This document shows positions 45,538-54,836 of a stretch of 64,000 bases of DNA, piece by piece. Source of the DNA: Patescibacteria group bacterium (GTDB taxonomy: Bacteria; Patescibacteriota; Minisyncoccia; Phycocordibacterales; SIBU01); contig JAZJZC010000001.1 in NCBI GenBank assembly GCA_040390045.1, forward strand, positions 172,005-236,004, read 5' to 3'. The notes below the pieces were generated by a model. The model searched no databases. It was not told the DNA's origin and worked only from the letters and a program-made list of their open reading frames with translations. The position numbers and the translations under genes are program-made. Within the stretch, counting starts at the first letter, position 1. Every line of letters starts with the position of its first letter.

Positions 45538-46239
45538 CTAATCTCTAGAACTTAAATATACTACTACACCTTCTACCCATCCCGCAATCTTCCGATTGAG
45601 CGAAATACTTCTACTGACGATGACAGACAATACCCCTCGATAATCTTCTCCGACCCTCCTACGCTTAGTTTTTGGGTTATGTTTTTTAAAGTAAACCTTA
45701 AGTTTATCCTCTCGAAATTTGAGATTTTGCTTCCAATATTTTTTTGCGCTTTCTACATCAGCTTTCTCATGAATGAACAATTCAAAGCGTGTGTCTCCAT
45801 CAACAACCTGTAAATATTGGTGGATCCAATTCAAAAAAATCTTGTGAGCCTGTAAATCCATGTTGGTAAACTTCACAGGACAAGCAATCGCGTGCTCTTT
45901 TGATCCTTCAGCCCAATACAAAATAACCCCCGTTAACCAGAACGGGTCCCGAATCAGCGAAGCGACTTCTTGCCTTGCCGAATCTTTAATATCTTTTACT
46001 CTCCTAATTTTATTTCTCCGTACAGCATCAACACCCCTCAATCTGCCTGCAATTCTTTTTTCTGTAATAACTTGTTTTTGCTTTTTTGCCAACCCAACAT
46101 CACGGAGCCACAGCGAAATAGTAGACTTGGCAACCGGAATTTGTTTCAAAATTTCCGAATACGAAAGACCCTTTCTGCGCAGAGCAATAGTTTCTTCCTT
46201 GAGTTTTCCTTTTGTAAACATCGAACAATGATTATACAC
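45538..46239 (-). CDS. HTH-domain protein with LAGLIDADG-like endonuclease-type C-terminal domain (putative)
   Basis: N-terminal resolvase/sigma-70-r4-like HTH (RKGLSYSEILKQIPVAKSTISLWLRD); FWLTGVILYWAEGSK resembles a LAGLIDADG block; ends 10 bp from the tRNA 5' end. Confidence 0.35.
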   Translation of the reverse strand: MYNHCSMFTKGKLKEETIALRRKGLSYSEILKQIPVAKSTISLWLRDVGLAKKQKQVITEKRIAGRLRGVDAVRRNKIRRVKDIKDSARQEVASLIRDPFWLTGVILYWAEGSKEHAIACPVKFTNMDLQAHKIFLNWIHQYLQVVDGDTRFELFIHEKADVESAKKYWKQNLKFREDKLKVYFKKHNPKTKRRRVGEDYRGVLSVIVSRSISLNRKIAGWVEGVVVYLSSRD

Positions 46240-46269
46240 TATATAATAGCATACTACCGTTCGAAATAC

Positions 46270-47310
46270 TTATTTTGTTTGTGGGGAGAAAATTTTGACT
46301 AACGCAAGCTCTATAGGTAGAGCCGGAATATGAGCTCGGGAGATAGAGTCATAGGCCAAAAGAAGCTCAGATAAAAGAACCGAGGAAATGGAAGAATCTT
46401 TGGCAGAGGCGAGCGAGCTTAAATATTTAAAATCCTCAGGCGAAACTTCATCGGCAATTTCTTTTTCTAGCTCATGAGCGTATCGCAACAGCAAAACATA
46501 GCGCAATTTTTGAAGCACTAGTTGCATAAAAACTTTAGCATCAATATTTTTCTCGAGCGCTTGGTGGAGCGCCACAATCGCAGGTTCAACTTCCTTTTTT
46601 GAAAGCGCTTCAATAAAATTGTTGACGATAGAACTTTTCGGCGCGCCCGTAACCACTTCGACTTCTGCGAGAGAAACCTTTTTATCTTTCGAGGCACTCA
46701 TCACCTTCTGCAAAATTCCCTGCGTATCGCGGAAAGAACCGTCGCCCAAAAGTGAAATGAGCTCCCCCACTCCCGCCTCAAGTGAAAATCCCTCTTTTTT
46801 GGCAACAGAGGCGATTGACTGTTTAAGAATTTCACTCGTTGGTCGCTTTAGTTGAAAAACCTGACAACGCGAAAGAATAGTTTCTGGAAGCTTGTCGACT
46901 TCGGTGGTAGCTAAGATGAAAACCACATGCTTCGGCGGCTCCTCCAAAGTTTTGAGAAGTGCATTGAAAGCCGATTTGGAAAACATGTGTACCTCATCAA
47001 GAATGTAAACTTTGTACGGCGAACTGAAAGGCAGTGTGCTCACAGCTTCGTTTAGAATTCGCATTTCATCAACGCCGTTGTTTGAAGCGGCGTCAATTTC
47101 GTAAATGTCATCTGCACTCGCGCCAATTTCTTTCGCCACGATTCTGGCGAGTGTTGTCTTGCCCGTTCCGCGTGATCCGGCGAAAAGATAGGCATGGGAA
47201 ATGTTCCCAAGCTTCAGTGCGCCTTCGAGAGTTTTAACTACATGATCTTGCCCGATCACCTCCTTAAAAGATTTGGGACGGTATTTTCTATATAGAGCTA
47301 TTTCTGGCAT
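46270..47310 (-). CDS. dnaX: DNA polymerase III subunit gamma/tau (short form)
   Basis: YRPKSFKEVIGQ; Walker A GSRGTGKTTLARI; clamp-loader AAA+ pattern; 346 aa. Confidence 0.85.
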   Translation of the reverse strand: MPEIALYRKYRPKSFKEVIGQDHVVKTLEGALKLGNISHAYLFAGSRGTGKTTLARIVAKEIGASADDIYEIDAASNNGVDEMRILNEAVSTLPFSSPYKVYILDEVHMFSKSAFNALLKTLEEPPKHVVFILATTEVDKLPETILSRCQVFQLKRPTSEILKQSIASVAKKEGFSLEAGVGELISLLGDGSFRDTQGILQKVMSASKDKKVSLAEVEVVTGAPKSSIVNNFIEALSKKEVEPAIVALHQALEKNIDAKVFMQLVLQKLRYVLLLRYAHELEKEIADEVSPEDFKYLSSLASAKDSSISSVLLSELLLAYDSISRAHIPALPIELALVKIFSPQTK

Positions 47311-47482
47311 GAAAGGGCTACGTGGTTGGCCTATTTCTTTGTTGCTTCACGATTTTACTCCCGCAACGTATATGAATACGTTTTAGTCGCAAAATCGCTT
47401 GCGCCTCGAACTACATCCAACCCCGTAAGCCCTTTAGTATAACAGATTTGTTTGGGTAAAAAAAAGAACCCCGAGTTGGAGT

Positions 47483-47731
47483 TCAAGACAAAAATCTCAT
47501 GCAATCGCCGACGCGACTGGCCAACACACAGACACAGTTCACAAAGTGACCCAGTCTGGATATTTCCCGGCTGTCCAAGTCGGATGAATCGAACCACGCA
47601 TTCCGGCAACCATAGGTGCAAAAATGTCTCCACTGACCGTTTGGAAGGTTGAAATGGGTTCCGTGGTCGACGTCTTTTATGGCAATTCCGCAATTGTAAC
47701 AATAGAGTTTCAGCATAAACCTTGGCTTCAA
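47483..47731 (-). CDS. Possible small Cys-rich (zinc-ribbon-like) protein in a GC-rich intergenic island
   Basis: 82-aa ORF with CYNCG...CTYGC pairs; coding status uncertain. Confidence 0.25.
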   Translation of the reverse strand: MKPRFMLKLYCYNCGIAIKDVDHGTHFNLPNGQWRHFCTYGCRNAWFDSSDLDSREISRLGHFVNCVCVLASRVGDCMRFLS

Positions 47732-47794
47732 CGGTGGTTAAGGTACCGAAAACACTCGGGAGAGTATAGCAAAAAGGGGGTTAGACGCAAACGA

Positions 47795-47830
47795 GAAACC
47801 CCCGGCCGCGCGAAGCGCGGCCGGGGGTTT
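47795..47830. terminator. Bidirectional terminator (aaacccccggccgcgc.gaag.cgcggccgggggttt)
   Basis: 16-bp GC-rich stem with T/A runs on both sides; directly 3' of fba. Confidence 0.75.
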
Positions 47831-47845
47831 TCCTGAATCTTAAAT

Positions 47846-48715
47846 CTATTCAAGACCATTAAACAACCTTAACTTCTCCCCTACCACCTTTTGCATTGCC
47901 AGTTTTGGTTCTTTCAGATATTTGTACGGTGAAATTTCATCGGGATGTTCTTGAAGAGAAAGCATCAAGGCTTTCCGGTACGCCACGCGAAGTTCGGTGT
48001 TGATATGTACGATCGCCACACCAGCTTTGATAGCGCCGAGAAAATCTTCGGGAGAATTTCCTGATCCGCCGTGAAGCACAAGAGGAATTCCTACCGCTTC
48101 TGAAATCTCAGCGATCCTTCCCAAATTAAGTGCAGGGTCTTTTCCGCCAGAAAGCATACCGTGAATATTTCCCACGGCTGGTGCCAACAAATCAGCTCCG
48201 GTTTCTTCCACAAATTTTTTCGCCTCATCTGGTTTTGTTAAAAATTCCTCAGAAATTTTCACGCCCGCTGGAATGCCTTCCAAAATTTTTGAGGATTTAC
48301 CGATAAAACCCAATTCCGCCTCGACGATAATTTCAGGGTTTACACTTCGGGCGTATTCCACACACTGCTTGGTCAATGCTACATTTTCGTCATGGGGTAA
48401 TTCAGTTCCATCAAAAATCACCGCATCAAAACCCGCATCCACCGCTTCTTTTACTTTTTCAAATGAATAGGTGTGATCAGCATTAAGGTACACAGGAAAA
48501 TCAAATTCATCGCGCAAACTTTTCACTAACGCCGCAACCTGCCGTACACCGACAAAACTTCGCTCGCCTTCTGACACACCGATAATGACCGGAACATTCA
48601 ATTCTTTGGCGGCATCAAACACTGCCCAAAAACCTTCGAGGTTGGAAATGTTGAAATGGCCGATGGCCACCTTACGCGAAACTGCGTCATCAATAGATTG
48701 TCTCAGCGATTTCAT
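47846..48715 (-). CDS. fba: Fructose-bisphosphate aldolase, class II (start at internal ATG; track ORF to 48754)
   Basis: Strong similarity to class II FBA: PVIIGVSEGE, ADHTYSFEKVKEAVDAGF, LVLHGGSG. Confidence 0.8.
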   Translation of the reverse strand: MKSLRQSIDDAVSRKVAIGHFNISNLEGFWAVFDAAKELNVPVIIGVSEGERSFVGVRQVAALVKSLRDEFDFPVYLNADHTYSFEKVKEAVDAGFDAVIFDGTELPHDENVALTKQCVEYARSVNPEIIVEAELGFIGKSSKILEGIPAGVKISEEFLTKPDEAKKFVEETGADLLAPAVGNIHGMLSGGKDPALNLGRIAEISEAVGIPLVLHGGSGNSPEDFLGAIKAGVAIVHINTELRVAYRKALMLSLQEHPDEISPYKYLKEPKLAMQKVVGEKLRLFNGLE

Positions 48716-48800
48716 GGCTAGATTGTACCACGGAGAGCACACAACATGGAACATGGAGCACGGAACATGCTAAAACCATAAGGTATGTTAAAATAATTGA

Positions 48801-49796
48801 ATGTTTAATCGTACACCAGACTTCCTCGCCATTGGCGACATTACCACCGACGCTTTCATTCGCATAAAAGAAGCGAGTGTGCACTGCAATCTCAATAAAG
48901 AAAACTGTGAATTGTGTGTCAGCTTTGCTCAAAAAGTCCCTTATGAATTTGTGGAAGTCCTAAGGGCTGTGGGTAACGCATCGAATGCGGCGGTTTCAGC
49001 TAGTCGGCTCGGCCTATCTTCCGGATTGGTTGCCGACACAGGTAACGATCAGAATGGTAAAGAATGTCTCGCTGTTCTAAAAAAAGAAAAAGTTTCTAGC
49101 AATTTCGTGAGTACCCACAAAGGCATGGAAACCAACTATCACTACGTTTTGTGGTACGAAGATGAGCGAACCATTCTCGTCAAACATCAAGCCTTTCCAT
49201 ACAAACTTCCACATATCGGCTCACCGAAGTGGATCTATCTCAGTTCACTCGGTGGAAATACAGAAAAATACCACGACGAAATCGCGCTGCATTTGGAAAA
49301 ACATCCGGAAATTAAACTGGCCTTTCAACCGGGAACTTTTCAAATAAATCTCGGCGTGGAAAAATTGAAAAAAATCTACGCTCGAACCGAAGTGTTTGTC
49401 TGCAATAAAGAAGAGGCGGAAAAAATTCTCGGCGTGGGTGAAACTGACATAAAAGAACTTCTGAAAAAAATCCACGAGCTTGGACCAAAAATTGTTCTGA
49501 TAACTGATGGGCCAAAGGGTGCCTACGCCTTTGCAAATGACGTTTCTTTTTTCATGCCACCGTATCCAGATCCAAAACCTCCATTTGAACGGACCGGCGC
49601 GGGAGATGCCTTTGCCTCGACTTTTGTCACCGCACTCGCACTCGGTAAATCAATTGAAGAAGCGCTCCGCTGGGCGCCGATCAATTCGATGTCTGTGGTT
49701 CAACAAGTCGGGGCTCAACGAGGACTTTTGACTCAAGCAGGAATTGAAGAGTGGCTCAAAAAAGCTCCTCAGGATTATTTCCCAAAAAAGATTTAG
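48801..49796 (+). CDS. PfkB-family carbohydrate kinase (ribokinase fold)
   Basis: C-terminal anion-hole motif TGAGDAFASTFVTAL; 331 aa. Confidence 0.75.
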   Translation: MFNRTPDFLAIGDITTDAFIRIKEASVHCNLNKENCELCVSFAQKVPYEFVEVLRAVGNASNAAVSASRLGLSSGLVADTGNDQNGKECLAVLKKEKVSSNFVSTHKGMETNYHYVLWYEDERTILVKHQAFPYKLPHIGSPKWIYLSSLGGNTEKYHDEIALHLEKHPEIKLAFQPGTFQINLGVEKLKKIYARTEVFVCNKEEAEKILGVGETDIKELLKKIHELGPKIVLITDGPKGAYAFANDVSFFMPPYPDPKPPFERTGAGDAFASTFVTALALGKSIEEALRWAPINSMSVVQQVGAQRGLLTQAGIEEWLKKAPQDYFPKKI

Positions 49797-49896
49797 TCAA
49801 CCTAAACGTATAATTTATTTAAAAATCAGTGATTGACTGATTGCTGATTAAACTGTACTCTGTTGGAAGTTACAACGCAGTACACTACCAAAACAT

Positions 49897-50112
49897 ATGA
49901 CGACAGTCATTTCCCAACCACCGCAAAATCTTGCTCGCCTCGCAGAGCAAGCTGTGCAAGCAGAATTGTTCTCCGCCGAAGACCAAGGCACTCATCAAGA
50001 ACGCGCCCGCGCCAAGGAAGCCGCTCCACGGTATCACGGCGAGATCACTCGCCAAACCAGCTTTGAGCGCTATCAATCGAGAGCAGCCTGGCTGGCCAAC
50101 ATCGGTCTCTAA
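49897..50112 (+). CDS. Possible small protein in GC-rich spacer (uncertain)
   Basis: 71-aa ORF followed immediately by the terminator hairpin at 50116-50147. Confidence 0.25.
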   Translation: MTTVISQPPQNLARLAEQAVQAELFSAEDQGTHQERARAKEAAPRYHGEITRQTSFERYQSRAAWLANIGL

Positions 50113-50115
50113 CCC

Positions 50116-50147
50116 ATTCCCACGCGACTCTGCGTGGGAATTTTTTT
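50116..50147 (+). terminator. Rho-independent terminator (attcccacgc.gactct.gcgtgggaat + T7)
   Basis: 10-bp stem followed by ttttttt. Confidence 0.7.
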
Positions 50148-50191
50148 ATCATTTTTATTCCCTTACCTTCTCTTAGTTTTTATTTTCTTGT

Positions 50192-50224
50192 CTTAATTTA
50201 GAGACCATAGTTTCTAAATTAAGC
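50192..50224. repeat. Imperfect palindrome related to 5125..5168 (cttaatttagagaccat.agtttctaaattaag)
   Basis: Shares the 17-mer cttaatttagagaccat and the arm tctaaattaag with the 5-kb copy. Confidence 0.6.
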
Positions 50225-50238
50225 TTTGTAAAAAGTTC

Positions 50239-50814
50239 CTATCCTAACTTAAAAAGGGAAAGGTATTTATTCATGTTCCCCAAGGTGTCCGAAACAATAA
50301 ACCGAACTTCATCATCCGAAAGATTGAAAAAACTTTTTAAATCATTGATTTCTTTTTCACAATCAAATGGTAAAATCCAAACGCTTTTTTGAAACTGAAC
50401 AAACCCCAACCGTTTTAGCAAAAATCTCAAAGCGTTTCTTTTTGACCTATGCTCCGTTGCGATATCAAAGAGAACCAGTCTCCATTTTTTGTCCCACTTT
50501 TGTGGTCTAGCGATTTTTTTCTTATTGTAGAAATTATATTGCGCTGCGACCCTTTTGCCTTCTTGAGTTAAAGAAATATACACCTGTCCGTGTGTCTCTT
50601 CGTAGTGAATAAAACCAAGCCTGCGTAAATAATAAAAAGTGTTTCTAACTTTTTTCTCGTTGAATTCTTTCCGTATTCCCTGCAATAATTTTTGTACAGC
50701 ATGAGGATTGGATAAAACCAAAGTTACGGCTCCTGCTACAAGAAGAGCCCCCAACACCGTGTTAGTAAAGCTATTTTGGGGCTTATATTTATCTTTGTGT
50801 AACTTTAAAACCAT
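50239..50814 (-). CDS. PaaX-like transcriptional regulator (wHTH plus PaaX_C-like domain)
   Basis: N-terminal winged-helix region; C-terminal WDKKWRLVLFDI...RNALRFLLKRLGFVQFQKSVWILP matches the PaaX C-domain pattern. Confidence 0.5.
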   Translation of the reverse strand: MVLKLHKDKYKPQNSFTNTVLGALLVAGAVTLVLSNPHAVQKLLQGIRKEFNEKKVRNTFYYLRRLGFIHYEETHGQVYISLTQEGKRVAAQYNFYNKKKIARPQKWDKKWRLVLFDIATEHRSKRNALRFLLKRLGFVQFQKSVWILPFDCEKEINDLKSFFNLSDDEVRFIVSDTLGNMNKYLSLFKLG

Positions 50815-50875
50815 GGTCTTTATACTACATAAATTTGTTACATGAGATTAAAAAATTAAAAAGATGGGGGCATTT

Positions 50876-51874
50876 TTATCTTTTCCTTTTCAAAACTTTT
50901 CTGGCCGCTTCTTTGATATGACTCGAACCCATTTTATAGTGTTCAATTAATTCTTCTGGAGTTCCTGACTGTCCAAACTGATCTGCCACACCGATAAATT
51001 CAATCGGCACCGGCATCCGACGCGCCAAACATTCTGCCACTGCCGAACCAAAACCTCCTGCCATTTGGTGTTCTTCTACAGTGACGATCGCTCCGGTTTC
51101 GTGCGCCAAATCAACCAAAGCTTTTTCATCAAGCGGTTTAATCGTGCCAAAATTTAAAACTTTTACCCGAACGCCTTCTCCCTCTAATTTTCGTGCCGCT
51201 TCGAGCGCCTTATGAACCAGTGCTCCCGTCGCCACAATCCCAACTTCAGCGTTGCCTTTTTCTGGAGCAAAGAAAACCTGTGCCTTCCCTATTTCAAACG
51301 GCGTAGCTTCGGTTGTCATAATCGGAGTTTTTTCACGAGCCAATCGTAAATACACCGGCGTGTTATTTTTGGCAATCGCCAGCGTAGCTTTTTTTGCCTC
51401 AATGGCATCGCATGGTGAAATCACCACCATCCTTGGCAAGACGCGCATGAGCGCAATGTCTTCAATCGCCTGATGCGTTCCGCCATCGGCCCCGACAGAA
51501 ACTCCAGAGTGTGAACCAACAATTTTTACTGGTCGGTCGTTGTAGCAAATAGTCGTGCGAATCTGTTCCCAGTTTCTTCCCGGATTAAACATGGCATACG
51601 ACGTGCAAAAAGGAATTTTTCCCATGGCCGCCATCCCACTCGCCACCGTCACCATGTTTTGTTCCGCCACGCCCATCTCCACAAATCGCTCTGGAAATTT
51701 TTTCCTAAACAAATGCATCTGGGTCGATTCAGTCAAATCGGCACACAACCCCACCACATTTTTATCTGCCTCTCCAGCAAGGAGAAGTCCCTCGCCGAAC
51801 CCTTTGCGAGTGGGCAGTTGCTCGACGTCTTTGTCGAAAAGTTTCGGATTTAATTTTAAACTTAAATTTAACAT
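50876..51874 (-). CDS. tkt: Transketolase, C-terminal section (pyrimidine-binding plus C-terminal domain); start at internal ATG 51874
   Basis: Pyr-binding and C-terminal transketolase motifs (GEDGPTHQ-like GADGGTHQ); split-gene arrangement with 52897..53763. Confidence 0.8.
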   Translation of the reverse strand: MLNLSLKLNPKLFDKDVEQLPTRKGFGEGLLLAGEADKNVVGLCADLTESTQMHLFRKKFPERFVEMGVAEQNMVTVASGMAAMGKIPFCTSYAMFNPGRNWEQIRTTICYNDRPVKIVGSHSGVSVGADGGTHQAIEDIALMRVLPRMVVISPCDAIEAKKATLAIAKNNTPVYLRLAREKTPIMTTEATPFEIGKAQVFFAPEKGNAEVGIVATGALVHKALEAARKLEGEGVRVKVLNFGTIKPLDEKALVDLAHETGAIVTVEEHQMAGGFGSAVAECLARRMPVPIEFIGVADQFGQSGTPEELIEHYKMGSSHIKEAARKVLKRKR

Positions 51875-51888
51875 ACCTACTGATTTAT

Positions 51889-52104
51889 TTAGCTTAGTAT
51901 GGAATAAAATATGTAAAGAAACAAGAACGTAAGGGCGGAGGTAAGAGACCAAAAAAGAACTGGTTGTTCACTTCGATAAATATATCCACGGGTATTGCGA
52001 ACATACATCCTTCCCTTAGAAATCTCAAGCAGAAACCAGCAAAATAAAAAAACGATCGGTATTAAAACAAATATTTTCATCATTGTAATCTGTGGAGCAG
52101 GCAT
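51889..52104 (-). CDS. Small membrane protein (inserted between tkt halves)
   Basis: 71 aa, two hydrophobic helices. Confidence 0.3.
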   Translation of the reverse strand: MPAPQITMMKIFVLIPIVFLFCWFLLEISKGRMYVRNTRGYIYRSEQPVLFWSLTSALTFLFLYIFYSILS

Positions 52105-52115
52105 TCGTATGTACT

Positions 52116-52430
52116 CTAACTCATGAACAAAGGCTGGTGACTACTGAGTATGGAATAAACCAAAATTGAAAAACAAACGACTGAGAAAATTATTAAAATG
52201 CCGCCTTCTGTTTTGCGAATTGCGTAATCTCTTTTAGATTGTGGGTAATTGTAGCTCGATTTTTTATTAAAAATCAAAACCAAACCCAAAATAAAAGACA
52301 GCAGAAAAAACGGCGGCCCGAAAAATAAAACCAATATAGCCGGTTCTTGGTTCGGACTCTGAGCGAGTACTGTCAAGTACATCGAGCTCAAAAGGAAAAG
52401 TAATTTTAAAATAGTTTCAAAGACTCTCAT
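52116..52430 (-). CDS. Small membrane protein (inserted between tkt halves)
   Basis: 104 aa, three hydrophobic helices. Confidence 0.3.
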   Translation of the reverse strand: MRVFETILKLLFLLSSMYLTVLAQSPNQEPAILVLFFGPPFFLLSFILGLVLIFNKKSSYNYPQSKRDYAIRKTEGGILIIFSVVCFSILVYSILSSHQPLFMS

Positions 52431-52447
52431 GGGTAATGTATCTGAAC

Positions 52448-52891
52448 TTAACCCAGCGTAATCATATTAAAGACATGCAAGCCGATTACCAGGGTCACCG
52501 GCAAAAACATGCCAAAGTGAACAAAGGTTTTAAAGTCGCAATAACTTCTTTTTTTGACCGGCACTCGGTAAAAATAAAACCAATAAGTAAAAAGAAAAGT
52601 AAACGCGATAAACAAAACGTAGGTCAGACCTTGGTGCTCGGGTGTCAACAAATACAATTCCTTTAAAACACTCAAGACGGAGCTAGAAAAAAGTTCATAG
52701 GAAAAACCTTTTTGGAAAGAGACCGCTATCGCTCCCACAATCGCCAAGGAATAACTAAAAATTCCATAACACAGCACAAAAAACAAAATGTTTTTTTCGT
52801 GTTGATAATTTGGTTTTTTTCGAGCGGCTCTCATCGCATTACAAAAATATAACTTCTCCTTCCGTCCCATTATATCACGTTGCCTTAGCAA
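52448..52891 (-). CDS. Small membrane protein (inserted between tkt halves)
   Basis: 147 aa, four hydrophobic helices. Confidence 0.3.
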   Translation of the reverse strand: MLRQRDIMGRKEKLYFCNAMRAARKKPNYQHEKNILFFVLCYGIFSYSLAIVGAIAVSFQKGFSYELFSSSVLSVLKELYLLTPEHQGLTYVLFIAFTFLFTYWFYFYRVPVKKRSYCDFKTFVHFGMFLPVTLVIGLHVFNMITLG

Positions 52892-52896
52892 AATTT

Positions 52897-53763
52897 CTAT
52901 TGATGTTCACTTTTGATCTTCCCACCGAGCGTTCGCAATTCGGCCAAAGCCATGTCTGCTTCTTCCCTATTTGGTGGTTTGCCATGCCAAGTATAATCTC
53001 GTTCAAATTCCTTGACTCCTTTTCCTGGAATCGTCCGAGCAATAATCACACTTGGTTTATCAAAAACCGCTTTGGCTCGATTGACCGCTTCATCAATCGC
53101 AGAAAAATTATGCCCATCAATTTCTTGAACATGCCAATTGAAAGATTGGTATTTATCACTGAAAGGCTCGAGCGGCATAATGTCTTCGGTATACCCGTCG
53201 ATTTGAATATTATTGCGATCAACAATAGCAATTAGGTTACCTAGTTTTTCTTTTCCAGCGAGCATCATGGCTTCCCACGTATTGCCACAGTCGTGCTCAC
53301 CATCTGACATCATGCAGAAAATAAATTTTCCGGAAGTTTTACCGCCATCAATTCTGTTGGCGAGTGCCATGCCCACGGACTGAGAAAGGCCAGAGCCAAG
53401 AGGCCCAGAACTCGTCTCAAGCGCTGGCAAAAAATCACGATGCGGATGACCTTGGAGCGACGAACCAAATTTTCGTAAAGTCTTGAGCAGGTCTTTTGAA
53501 AAATATCCGGCGTGCGCCATGGTAGCGTAGAGCACCGGACAGATGTGGCCATTAGAAAGTACCAATCGGTCGCGTTCTGGCCAATCAGGAATTTTAGGAT
53601 TATGTTTCAAACCATAAAAATATAAATAGGTAAAAATGTCGGTCATGCCAAGAGGGCCTGCCGTGTGCCCCGAACCCGCTTCGACAAGCATCTCGATAAT
53701 GGACTGGCGAATATTGTTAGCCTGTAGTTCGAGATTTTTTATTGTATCTTCGTGAAGTGCCAT
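52897..53763 (-). CDS. tkt: Transketolase, N-terminal section (thiamine-diphosphate-binding)
   Basis: TPP-binding motifs (GHTAGPLGMTD...SNGH, GSLGQG-like GPLGSGLSQSVGMA, DGEHDCGNTWEA). Confidence 0.8.
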   Translation of the reverse strand: MALHEDTIKNLELQANNIRQSIIEMLVEAGSGHTAGPLGMTDIFTYLYFYGLKHNPKIPDWPERDRLVLSNGHICPVLYATMAHAGYFSKDLLKTLRKFGSSLQGHPHRDFLPALETSSGPLGSGLSQSVGMALANRIDGGKTSGKFIFCMMSDGEHDCGNTWEAMMLAGKEKLGNLIAIVDRNNIQIDGYTEDIMPLEPFSDKYQSFNWHVQEIDGHNFSAIDEAVNRAKAVFDKPSVIIARTIPGKGVKEFERDYTWHGKPPNREEADMALAELRTLGGKIKSEHQ

Positions 53764-53769
53764 TTATTT

Positions 53770-54135
53770 TTAAGTCTGGCGTTTGTTGCTAAATTTTGTT
53801 TTTAAAAGCTCAACATCCTTTTTTAAAATATCAAAATCAGTATATTTAACTCGGTTAAAAGCCAAATCATCAATTCGAATATTGGTGCTGTCAAGCTTTC
53901 GTAAAATCTCTTCTCTTGCAAGAACAAGCCTTTGGTCCGTAGTAGAAATTTTTCCGTCAATTTCCTTAAAACTTCGAGCCATCATTATGGCAAGATTTTC
54001 AATTTTAGTATCAATTTCAAGACGAAGATTATTGTGTGATGGCAAAACCACATCTTCAATAGCTTTTTTAACACCCTCCAAAGTCAGGGTTTCTTTTGGC
54101 CGTACCACTTTCTTGTTATTTTTTTTAGCTTTCAT
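53770..54135 (-). CDS. Hypothetical coiled-coil protein
   Basis: 121 aa, Lys-rich N-terminus, heptad pattern; overlaps rpe start by 11 bp. Confidence 0.35.
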   Translation of the reverse strand: MKAKKNNKKVVRPKETLTLEGVKKAIEDVVLPSHNNLRLEIDTKIENLAIMMARSFKEIDGKISTTDQRLVLAREEILRKLDSTNIRIDDLAFNRVKYTDFDILKKDVELLKTKFSNKRQT

Positions 54136-54823
54136 TTTTTAGACTCTTAAACTTCGCCAAATTTTCTCGAAGTGATCCGTCTGCCCACAGTGCTGAACCA
54201 ACAACCAATCTCGTGGCGCCAGAAAATAGTAAAAGTGGAGCATTCTCTAAGTTCACTCCCCCATCAACACTAATTATATGCTCGGGGTAGAGCTGTCGCA
54301 ATCGTCGCACTCTATTTAATGTACCTTCGTCAAAGGTTTTCCCTTGCTGGCCGAGATTGGAAAAATTCCAACCCATGCATTGGATAATGGAAACCTTGTC
54401 AGCAATCGGTTCAAGTAATTCTTCTGGCGTATCGAGCGCAAGAGAAACACCAAGCGGCACGCGCTCTGCCACTTCAGTTACCACCGCATTGAAATCCTTG
54501 CAACCCTCGAGTTGCACAATAATTCTCGAGGCGCCGGCGATGATCCAATCTGAAATAATCAGTTCCGGCTGGCGAACCATAAGGTGAGCTTCAAATTCCA
54601 ACTGTTCCCAAAATGGAAATCCTTCTTTTTCTTTTAGAATATCATCGAAAAACGAATCGGATTTGCTTGGCGATTGATACGGCCAACTCCGCGCGGAAAC
54701 CAAGCTACCGTCCAGTACATCAATCTGCACCACAGGTACGAGATTTCGCAGTGAAGACATTTTGTCTTCGAGCTCTTCAATATTTTTAGGAATGATGGCG
54801 GGAATGATTTCGAAATTAGGCAT
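54125..54823 (-). CDS. rpe: Ribulose-phosphate 3-epimerase
   Basis: QIDVLDGSLV and EAHLMV motifs; ISVDGGVN near the C-terminus. Confidence 0.75.
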   Translation of the reverse strand: MPNFEIIPAIIPKNIEELEDKMSSLRNLVPVVQIDVLDGSLVSARSWPYQSPSKSDSFFDDILKEKEGFPFWEQLEFEAHLMVRQPELIISDWIIAGASRIIVQLEGCKDFNAVVTEVAERVPLGVSLALDTPEELLEPIADKVSIIQCMGWNFSNLGQQGKTFDEGTLNRVRRLRQLYPEHIISVDGGVNLENAPLLLFSGATRLVVGSALWADGSLRENLAKFKSLKNES

Positions 54824-54836
54824 TAGGTTTTAGGCG

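Noticed and set aside
47570-47660. gaatcgaacc motif resembling the reverse complement of a tRNA T-arm
   Set aside because: Flanking bases do not form a T-stem or an acceptor stem; no cloverleaf can be drawn.
50239-50814. Cas2-like pattern (W.LV.FDI...R....L...LGF..Q.SVW) suggesting a CRISPR adaptation gene
   Set aside because: The pattern is shared with the PaaX C-terminal domain. The N-terminal winged helix, the 191-aa size, and the absence of cas1 or a repeat array favour a PaaX-like regulator.
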